Assembly (NCBI GenBank): GCA_951406725.2
Contig: OX597819.1
Span: 31,124,001-31,188,000 of the forward strand
From: Octopus vulgaris
Taxonomy: Eukaryota
Length of the DNA: 64,000 bases
Reading direction: 5' to 3'
Below are positions 54,001-64,000 of the stretch, piece after piece (position 1 is the stretch's first letter; each line of letters opens with the position of its first letter). Under the pieces are notes generated by a model. The model was given only the letters and a program-made list of their open reading frames with translations. It was not told the origin of the DNA and did no database searches. A program made the translations under genes and the position numbers.

Positions 54001-55704
54001 ACCAATGTGTTGTTTCATTTTGAGGATGCTTATTTACCCATCCATTATGATATTTTGACTGTTGACTATTGTTCCAAATACATTTTAGCATTGTCGTTTT
54101 AGCCCTTTTTAAACAATCACATACGATTCATCCCAAAGAATCAACCTTTAAATAAGAATTTTACTTCCACTAGCAAAAGTTATACGTATCTTTCAGACAG
54201 CTCCACACCAATTTAACTTTATGTGGAATTTGCTGTTAGTTTATGTGCAGGCTATGTGGGAAGACAAAATAAAGGGGCTTTTGTTAGCTTGTCTCTCCAA
54301 AAAAATGGCTCGCTTTGCTGTTGAATAAAATAAACTGGTGACACCCGTGCTGGTGGCACCCATGCTTGGTGGCATGTAAAAAGCACCCACTACACTCTCA
54401 GAGTGGTTGGCGTTAGGAAGGGCATCCAGCTGTAGAAACTCTGCTAAATCAAGATTGGAGACTCGTGCAACCATCTGGTTCGCCAGCCCTCAGTCAAAAT
54501 TGTCCAACCCATGCTAGCATGGAAAGCGGATGTTAAACGATGATGATGCAGAGGGGAAGTTTCAACATCTTCCTTCAAATTCCTTACACCATTTATGTGG
54601 CTGTTTCTGACAGGAAATTTTGCTTTCATGTAAAACAACTATATTTTGTAGTCATTATCCGTAATCTACTCCCCAAACACTTCAGTAGCTCTACTTTGCG
54701 TTGCCTGCAAACTTATATGTACTATGATCACTAGAGTGCAACAACTTCCACAATAACCCACCTTCAATTTCATTTTCTGTTCCTAGGTTAATGGGAAACA
54801 GATTACCATGCTACTCATAAACCTTCTAGGTAGTTCAATTATTTGGTGAAAAAAATACCACCAAAGCAACTTAAACCATCCAAAGGACAGGTGTGTTTAT
54901 CATAAACGTTTCATAGTTTACTACATACATTAGTAACTGAGCAAAATGTTAGTGCTTACTTTTTGATTTTAAACAACAGCAACACCTACAACTGTTACAT
55001 CATGTTGAATAATTAATTAAAAAAAAGAAGAAGTAAAATAACAAGAATCATTAACAGTCATGAAATCTGATGATAAAAGTTATTAAGAAAATAAGAACTG
55101 GTATTCAATATCACAGGATATATTTAGTAAGGTAAAAATGCCAGGTTAGTTTTAGGTGTGTTGTTTGGATGCTACAGTTAATTTAGTTTGTTTACTTCTG
55201 TTTTTTACATGACTTTTTTTTATAAAACAAAGTCCAATACAATATGTTCTAGTAGCTAGTGTACAACATTGATAATGGTTAGCAATATAGCTACTTTGGA
55301 GAAGAAGCATATTAAAGAATGGGGAAAATGTACAAATGTAAGGTATGTCAGAACAGTTTCAATGAAACAGACTTTGAAATTTTATTTAAAAGATTTAATC
55401 TTTTGTTGTTAGATGAAATGAGCTGTAAACATACAATATACAAATAAGTATTATATATCAACTTTCTGACAAACACTTACCAAACTGAATGATGGTGGAG
55501 TGATGGTGAAGATAGTGATTAAGTAAAGTTCGTTAGAAAAAAAAATTACAAGGAAAATGTCTGTTATTAAAAAACAATATTAGTTATTTAGCTCAAATAA
55601 CATTGAAGACATCAGAATAGAAACAAAGTTCACACAAAAAAACAACTAAGGAAAGTGGGTTAGCAGACATTCAATCTGAATAAGAAAACAAAATTGTTAC
55701 TGAC

Positions 55705-55776
55705 TTGGATGTTCTGCTTACGGCTGGCCTGTTGATCAACTTGCTGCTGGAGCTCATCTCTCTTGGCTCTCAACAT
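55705..55776 (-). CDS. SMG6: SMG6 exon B: paralogous alternative exon duplicating the last 24 codons of exon A
   Basis: catttccaaag|ATG...CAA|gtcagt; 72 nt, phase 0/0; MLRAKRDELQQQVDQQASRKQNIQ aligns without gaps to MLKAKKEELKKRVEKQSRHQQNIQ. Confidence 0.7.
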
Positions 55777-56357
55777 CTTTGGAAATGACGATGGAGCAGA
55801 TGTGATAAGTGTGCAGATAAGACAAAAATTACATAAAAAAAAAGAAGCATGCAAGCAAACAACATGCAGTTTAAGGTTTTACAAACAACAGATATTTATT
55901 TACAAGTAATCCATTGATTTACTTCAAGTTCAAAACAGATCAATTCATACATTTGTTTGCAGCATGCTAATGATTAAGTACACCATGTCAAAAAATAGGA
56001 TCACAACTGCTTTTGCCACATTTAGCCATTGTTTTATTGTGGAGTAGCTATTTCAGTCTGATGCTATCTGAAGTAACTCTTCTCTTTAATGAAGACTGTG
56101 CTATCTCATCAGGTTACTGAAGAAAATATTTATTTGCAGAGCAAGACAATCAGAATCTAAAAGCAGACAACTCTTGCCTCTACAACAGAAATATGATCAA
56201 AGATACAGCTAAAAACATAAAAATAAATAATAACGCAATAGAAAATCTTAAAATAAACCTTAAAGAACTGACTGGTTACTCAAAACAATTCTAAAACCAC
56301 AACTGAAAACAGGAATCTAAACTATCTTTCTTTTCTGTACAGGTATTTGAAGATAAT

Positions 56358-56621
56358 GTAAGGTATACTAGCCATCTCAATATGGCTAACCACTAAGGGT
56401 GGGTGTTACTGTAGCTTTTAGCCCCAGGAGATCATCGGCTCCAGCTGGCTTTAGACACAAAGAAAGAAAGAAAGTGTGCCTAAAACCAGCTGGAGACGAT
56501 GATCTCCTGGGGCTAAAAGCTACAGTAACACCCACCCTTAGTGGTTAGCCATATTGAGATGGCTAGTAGACTTTACGTTGTCGAGCAGTTACTGTTTACA
56601 TCTCGTTCAGAGATTTATTAT
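56358..56621 (+). mobile_element. Retroposed insertion with (TTA)n tail, 14-bp TSD and an internal inverted duplication of about 100 bp
   Basis: TSD TATTTGAAGATAAT at 56344-56357 and 56622-56635; arms 56358-56459 and 56475-56576. Confidence 0.8.
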
Positions 56622-56964
56622 TATTTGAAGATAATAATATCAGAACCGAATAGGCATGTTACCATTAAACAAATCCTCTGATAAATATCACTTTAACCAA
56701 CAAAATTACAACTAAAAAGTAATTTCCATCAACCACAAAATCAATGGATTGATAAAGCATGATAATCAATATATGTCAAAATAATATAATTATACTATTG
56801 AAAATTAAAACTAATGATTTAATTTGCATGAATTCTGCATTTGCAATGATTAGGCCACAGCTAGAGTCCAGTGAAAGATACTCAAAATCTATCGACAACT
56901 TTCTATTACAGATTACTCGACCAAATTACTTTTTTACTTTAATGCTCATTTACATTGCATAAGC

Positions 56965-57129
56965 ACAGGCATGGCTGTGAGATAAGAAGCTTGCTTCCCA
57001 ACCACATGGTTATATGTTCAGTCCCACTGTGTGGCAACTTGGGCAAGAGTCTTCTACTATAGCCTCGAGCTGAAAAAAAGCCTTGTGAGTGGATTTGGTA
57101 GATGGAAACTGAAAGAAGCCCATCATATA

Positions 57130-57165
<36 letters not shown>

Positions 57166-57367
57166 TCTTTGTGTTTGTCCCCCACCACTGCTTGACAATC
57201 AGTGTCAGTGTGTTTACATCCCTGTAACTTAGCAGTTTGGCAAAAGAGACTCATAGAATAAGCACTAAGCTTGAAAACATAAGACCTGAGGTCAATTTGT
57301 TCGACTAGAACCCTTCAAGGCAATGCCCCAACATAGCCGCAGAAAAATGACTGAAACAAGTAAAAGA
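56965..57367 (+). mobile_element. SINE family A, diverged copy (another at about 59399-59730)
   Basis: Same head, internal microsatellite and tail. Confidence 0.75.
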
Positions 57368-59976
57368 TTAAAGGTAAACGGTAGTTTTTAATTAATCAAG
57401 CACTATCTCATAACTTTAAGATTTTGATGATGTGATTGTTTATTTTTTAGAATGACACTGTAGGGTAGGTGTGAAATGCCAGATCTGGTTGGTTTGAACA
57501 TACAATGTGTAGAATATTTAGGCCAGATATGGCCGGTTTAAATGCTCACAGGTTAATGTGAATATAAGGCTCTACATCTTGAAACTGTTGAGACATAACA
57601 TTATACCTTTCACATTAAGCTACACCATCTGCACTACATGTTACACAGATTGTTACCAAATGTGGAATTACTTCTTGAAATATCATTTGAATATATATCA
57701 TTTGTAGTCAGACATATCGTAGTTCATGTCTCACAATGACTATCCATATCTTAAACATTGATAAACTGTGCAAATTATTAAATTACAGAAGATTTAATTG
57801 GTTATGATATTCCTTTTAAATAAGTTGGCCACTGTTCTAATTAAAATATAATATAAATTATAGTTTTAGAGCCATAGCGTTTCAAATAGTTGAATAGAAA
57901 ACTGGATGCTTTCTGTTATCTAATTTCATGGTACAAATTTCTCAGTTCTAATACATCAGAAATCAGTTTAGGATTTCTTCTCACTAGTGTCATGGTAATA
58001 ACTAATATATATCAGAAAATAATTGGTATCAAATGAAATAACTAATATACTAATGTCTGTTCAACAAAAAGGTAACGAGCTGTATTTGTTCTGACATTTT
58101 GTGTCCTGAGATCAAATCCTGTTGAGGTCATCTTTGACGCTCATCATTGTGGAGTTGATAAAATGAAAAATACCAATCCAGAGCTGTGAGCTGTAGATTA
58201 GTGGAACTGTAAGAATGTCAGACCAAATACTTTGTGGTGTTTGTTCTTGCTCTCTACATTCTCAATCAAATTCTACCTGGGTGAAATTTTCACTCAGAAT
58301 GTAGAGAGCCTAAAAAGCACCCATGCCAATCCAGAAGCCAGGCATGGCAAGTAAGGTAAATCCTCAAAACAATGACCAGAACCAAACGGATGGTACTGGG
58401 CAGAATCAAGAGAAGGGTTTCTCTGGTAAATGAATGAATAAATTCACTCAACTATGTATTTTACATCTCCTCTGGCCTCAATGAGGTAACATAGTGATCA
58501 TTATTCAATCAACAACACACCTTTCCTATAATAAGTACATAAATACAAACTTGTTTTTAACTACAAAGAGAATGCCATTTTACAATGGCTAACAGCATTC
58601 ATTTTTATGTTTATTTATTTTAATTTATAAACAAGAAGTACAGTCAGTGATTCAACTAATTCCTAGTATAACATTATTGTTTGATTCAATTTATTTTTCA
58701 TCCAAGCAATGAGTTGTTACTGTAATTTAATCTATGATCAAAAATATTCCAGCTGTATCCATCCTAATTTTGCCTATAAGCAAGGAATCTAAGACCACAT
58801 TATCCAAAGTATCCATTCTAAAAACAGTAATATGATTTAAAGATTTGGCTGCTATTTCTCATTGGCTCAGCTCAAAATAAGTCCTAATAGCACGGTATTA
58901 AACCAAGAAATGTGAAGAGGCATAGCATTTTACCTATACTTTACTAGTTCTGCCTTTCATAAAAGTGGTTTTTAACATTGACACAAAGCCACATGTTTTA
59001 AGAACAGAGATATAATAAATTAAATCAACCCCAATACTCTAATGGTACTTATTCATAGGGCTCATAAGGGTGAAAAGTCAGCCACAGGAAAATTTATCAG
59101 CCTTATATTTACAACATAACATTTTATTTTCTTCTTAACAATGTTATCTCAGTTTAGAGATCTAATTTGACATCTTTTTCTTCCAAAATGTGTCCCATGC
59201 ATTTTTCTAGACTTGCAAAGGCACAATAGTTTTTTTTATTGGAGTAATTCTTTTTAAAACTGCCACTGGTAATTCAGTTTTGAATTAGATGGATAATCTT
59301 GTTTTATAAGTTTATGTAAACTAGTGCAAGCTGAGTTATGTGTATTGTGTATTGCTGAGAGGCTCTGTGATACTTCATCAATATTTAGATGATTTTATTG
59401 TGGCTGTGTGGTGAGAAATTTGCTTCCTAACTGCATTGTTCTGGGTTCAGCCCCACTGCATGGCACTTGTCTTCTACTATAGCCCCAGACCAACCAAAGC
59501 CTTGTGAGTAGATTTGCTAGATGGAAACTAGAAGAAGCCTGCTGTACCACCACTTGACAGAGGGTGTCAGTTCGTTTACATTCCCATAACTTAGTCGTTC
59601 AACAAAAGAGACTGACAGACTAAGTACCAGGTTTAAAAAGATAAGTAGAGGGGCCAATTTGTTCGATTAAACCCTTCAAGGCAGTGCCCCAGCATGGCTG
59701 CAGTCCAATGATTGAAACTAGTAAAAGATGAAAGAAGTTTTAGTGGAATAAATACAATTTATATCGATATGTTATTTTTAGGATGATTCCTGAATTTCTG
59801 TTGACATTTTCCTCAATCCTATTTGATATCTCAATCATTAAGAATTATTTTCTATCCAAAATTATACTAACCGCCAGAAATTTTATGAAGCAAATCTTTC
59901 CTTTGTTATGAAACGATAATTGTTCTGCAAACCTCAAACTAGCATAAATGTGAGAAGCAAGCAGTATAAAGCAAGT

Positions 59977-60013
<37 letters not shown>

Positions 60014-60225
60014 CACACACACAAAGAAAATAAAGGGGAGCAGTAGTGATAAAATAATATTTAGTTTGGCAACAGAAGAAATCTAAATACAACAGCTACA
60101 ACAACAATAACAACAACACCTACAGCAACAACTACAACAGTTAACCAACCTGACCAAGTCAATCATGCAAGACAAGAAGACACTGGAGAAAAGAGGAAGA
60201 GAAAGATTACACTTTATATACTTAC

Positions 60226-60354
60226 TTGGATATTCTGTTGGTGGCGGCTTTGTTTCTCAACTCTCTTTTTCAGTTCTTCTTTCTTTGCTTTCAACATCTT
60301 CATCTCTTCCCCATCAGTAATATCATCCTCTTCCGTTTCCATTACAGCCTCATC
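60226..60354 (-). CDS. SMG6: SMG6 exon A: acidic stretch plus coiled coil preceding PIN
   Basis: ttcatcaag|GAT...CAA|gtaagt; 129 nt, phase 0/0; DEAVMETEEDDITDGEEMKMLKAKKEELKKRVEKQSRHQQNIQ matches recalled human SMG6 ..IRELRAKKLALARKIAEQQRRQEKIQ. Confidence 0.85.
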
Positions 60355-60544
60355 CTTGATGAAATGAACGACATGAATATTATTAAATAATGAGAAAAAT
60401 TTGATTGGATTTTTAATCAATTTCATTGACTACAATAACAAAATCTTTGTTCATGAAATGTAGTGTCTCAATAATGTAGGAAATGATGGGTGCTTGAATC
60501 CAGATCAACAACAGAATTTTAAATGGAATTTTTAGCCCCAGTTC

Positions 60545-60623
60545 AACAACAACAACAACAACAGCAGCAGCAGCAGCAGCAACAACAACAACGGCAACAA
60601 CAACAACAACAACAATAATAATA
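60545..60623. repeat. (CAA)n/(CAG)n/(TAA)n compound microsatellite upstream of exon A
   Basis: Seen directly in sequence. Confidence 0.9.
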
Positions 60624-62180
60624 ATGGGAAATATGCAGGTTGTGGGCAATGAAGAAAATGGACACGATACCAATAGCGTATTATACATGTATTTATAAGT
60701 GTATTATAATGTATATGAGGGCACATGACTTAGTGGTTAGGGCATTTGGCTCATGATCGTAAGGTTGTGAGTTCGATTCCCAGCAACGTGTTGTGTTCTT
60801 GAGCAAGACACTTTATTTCACATTGCTCCAGTCCACTCAGCTGGCAAAAATGAGTAGTACCTGTATTTCAAAAAGGGCCAGCCTTTATCATAAAGTAATT
60901 GAAAGAAACACAGAGCATCTCAAAATAAATACAGTAATGAAAGGGTTAAGGGTACACGTGTCTGTGGAATGCTCAGCCACTTGCACGTTAATTTCATGAG
61001 CAAGCTGTTCCGTTGATCATATCAGCTGGGATCCTCATTGTCATAACTGACGGAGTGCTCCTATAATGTATAGGTATATTGAATTAACTGAAGCAATGTG
61101 AAATAAAGTGTCTTGTTCGAGAACACAACACACAGCCTAGTCCAGGAATTGAACTCACTACCTCATGATTGTGAGCCTGACACTCTAACCACTGAGCCAA
61201 AGGGTTAAACAATAGCATGACAAAATATCATCATCATCCATTATTTTCCACACTGGCATGGGTTGGATGGTTTGACAGGAGCTAATGAGCCAGAGAACTG
61301 CACTGGGTTCTGTTGTCTGCTTTGGCATCGTTTCTAAGGCTGGATGCCCTTCATAATGCCAACCACTTTACAGAGTGCACTGGGTGCTTTTTACGTGGCA
61401 CCAGCACCAATAGGGTCATCAAGTAACTTGCAAAACAAAGAGCCCTTGTCTAGGAGAGGCAGTGGTACTGAGGGAGGTGACTTTATTGCCAGATGAGAGA
61501 TTAAAGTATAATAGAGGGATAGGGATAAGTGTCTTAGTATAGAGGAGATACTAGGCTACCCCAGAAGGAAAAGAAAGGAGAGGAAAGAAAGATAGAGAGA
61601 AAGTTAGAGAGTAAACTCTAGAGAGTCAACATTCTGCAGGAAAAAGAATTAGGAGTTAGTGCAGGATCTAGAGGTAAGAGCTAACATGAGTGAAATGAAG
61701 AGTAAAGACAAGTGACTGGATGGAAATGACACGAGACCAACTAGCTCCATGGAGCAGAGGCCATATGTATGTAGTGGTGGTACAAAAAGGAGAGAGGGGA
61801 CACAGCATGCCTGTAAGTCAGAGGTTTGTAATTTGTTGGTGAAATTTTTGCTAAGTTGTGGATGGGAGATCACAAGGAAAGGTTACTGATGACTGTGGGG
61901 CCTAGAATTTGTGGTGAAAATGTTTGAGCTGTGTGACAGTACAGAGGTTGTTGGATGTGAAAGGAAAAAAAAGAAGAAAAATCAATCTCCCTCATGATGG
62001 TTACCTTTTTATTATTTTTTTTTTTTGCTATGCTGAGAATGCGGATTTTCAGTAAAAGATTATTTTTGATGGCTAGCTGTTAGGATTAACTTATTTGTGG
62101 CTATCATTGAAGGTGATGAGAGAGAGAGAGAGAGAGAGTGAGTGTGTGTGTGTGTGTCTTCATAAAAGGCAAAGACTCAC

Positions 62181-62363
62181 CTCGGATGTAACATATTGTT
62201 CAATATTCATTTCAAGTTCTGCTTCATCTATTAATAAACTGGGTTCTGTTGAAGAGTAACATTTAGTTTCAACATCAAAAGATAGCATTGGGGTTTCAAT
62301 ACCACACAAATAATCTCCAAACATCTGAAGGCTTTGAATGCGGAGACAATCTCGAGCTATGTC
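62181..62363 (-). CDS. SMG6: SMG6/EST1A coding exon (end of helical region, upstream of PIN); first exon visible in window
   Basis: ttcttcag|GAC...GAG|gtgagt; 183 nt, phase 0/0; DIARDCLRIQSLQMFGDYLCGIETPMLSFD resembles the pre-PIN segment of SMG6; joins in frame to the following exons. Confidence 0.85.
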
Positions 62364-62476
62364 CTGAAGAAAATATAAAAAAAAAAAATAATAGAAAACA
62401 ATGATGACAATGCATTTAACAAGGTCATTTTGGAAATCTGTCAAGTGGAACAAACACATTTAGAAGTTTAAATTAA

Positions 62477-62683
62477 CCCTTTTTGCAACCATATTTCTGC
62501 CTTCGTGTTCATTAATTTTGAAAATAATGAAGAATTTAGTAAAATAATTTTGTCATTATTAAGCTGGTGCTTGGAACATAAATCAACATGAAATTTTGAT
62601 AGGTTTTAATTTAGGTGACTTTAAAACTGGAAGTTTGTGTCACAGAAACAGGAGCAGTCTCAGATGGGTTAGCATCAAAAGGG
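62477..62683. mobile_element. piggyBac-like MITE (second family)
   Basis: TTAA|CCCTTTT...AAAAGGG|TTAA. Confidence 0.75.
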
Positions 62684-63229
62684 TTAATGACATTTAATAA
62701 ATATGTAAAGACAAAGTTAGTAAATATCTAAATACTGAACAACTTCATAAATTCTGAAATAAATGTCAAGAGTTCGATTACTACTAGTACTCTGTGCTCA
62801 GACTATTTGTACTATAGATGTTTGTTGAAAATAGGACAGACATGATATCATCATCATGATTTAGTGTCCATGTTCCATGCTGGTATGGGTTGGATGGCTT
62901 GACAGGATCTGATGGGTCCTAAGATTGCATTGTACTCCAGTGACTACTTTGGCATGGTTTCTAGGGCTGGATGCCCTTTCTAACACCAACCACTTTACAG
63001 TATGTACTGGATGCTCTTTTCATGGCAGCAGCACTATTGAAGTGTTCATGCAGTTTGCAAGACTACAAACCTGAAGCTAAGTGGGTGTGGGAGAAAAACA
63101 GCAGGTTTTTGTAGAAGAGTTGCATGGCTACTCACTTTAAAATATTTTAAACCATGAAATGGCAAATGCAACAATTAAAAAAAAAACAAAAATATTCACA
63201 GGAAATAGAGTGGATAATTTCTGCTACGT

Positions 63230-64000
63230 AGGAGACCAAATTAGTAGCAGGGGAAGATGTACAGAAAGTGGTAATAGATAGAATAAGAATAGGATGGAGA
63301 AAATACGAGAGCTTTTACATCTGTTGGCAACCAAAGGTTTCTCTCTCCAGGTGAAAAGAAGACTGTATGATGCATGTATATGAACAGCAATTCTACAGAG
63401 TAGTGAGATGTGGGCCCTGAATGCAGTGGACATGCAGAGGAATGAGACTAGTATGCTCTGCTGAATGTGTAATGTAAGTGTACATGTTCAACAAAGTGCT
63501 AGTGTATTGAGAGAGAAGTTAAGCACAGGAGGAATTAGATGCGGTGTGCAAGATAAAAGACTGCACTTGTTTGGTCATGTTATATGGATGGATGTTGACA
63601 GCTCCATAAAGAAATGCTGATCTCTCTAAGTGAATGGAACTCATGGAAGAGGGGAAACCCAGGAAGAAGTAATGAAGGATGACCTCAGGACACTGAACCA
63701 TTCAGGTGAGATGACAAAGGACCAAGATACCTGGTGCCTTGCTTTACTCAAGGAGACCTGTCCTCCATAGCAGAAGTGTTAAGGTCACATCCACTGGTGA
63801 TCAGGATTGGCCTGCAAGAGACCAATGCTGGTGCTATGCTAAAAGCATCCAGCACACACTGTAAAGCGGTTGGTGTTAGGAAGTACATCCAACTATAGAA
63901 GCCAAGCTAAATCAGACTGGAACCTAGTGCAGCTCTCTGGCTTGCCAGTTCTCTGGTTTACCAGCTCTGGTCAAACCATCCAACCCACGCCAGCATAAAA
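63230..64000 (+). mobile_element. Decayed RTE LINE 3' end running into the common RTE-type 3' UTR
   Basis: WRKIRELLHLLATKGFSLQVKRRLYDACI...RLHLFGHV...GTHGRG with stops, followed by the shared ggttggtgttaggaag...aacccacgccagcat tail. Confidence 0.75.

Noticed and set aside
56040-56117. Acceptor ttttcttcag followed by an in-frame TAA (possible stop exon in the SMG6 intron)
   Set aside because: No convincing donor identified; such acceptors occur often by chance in AT-rich introns.

Overview
AT-rich, repeat-dense eukaryotic DNA. The tRNA-headed SINE families, RTE-type (GAT)n-tailed retroposons and abundant (TA)n/(CA)n/(CAT)n microsatellites look like an Octopus (coleoid cephalopod) genome; this is recognition, not a database result. 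The main gene is the 3' part of SMG6/EST1A (NMD endonuclease) on the minus strand. Six GT-AG coding exons (62363-62181, 60354-60226, 46519-46369, 42499-42288, 41138-41057, 38183-38053) join in frame through a complete PIN domain, followed by a probably long 3' UTR. The 13.7-kb phase-0 intron just before the PIN domain holds three candidate isoform switches: a duplicated paralogous exon (55776-55705) with mutually-exclusive-exon hallmarks, a possible 4-nt poison microexon (55484-55481), and a same-strand, single-TIR mariner with an open DD34D-type ORF and an in-frame splice acceptor. The last could give an SMG6-transposase fusion lacking PIN. A TE-poor block at about 4.4-10.4 kb looks like the 5' end of a second minus-strand gene. 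The rest is SINEs, LINE fragments, Tc1/mariner relics, MITEs, Penelope-like fragments and several long hairpins. All splicing and function claims are inferences that need RNA data.
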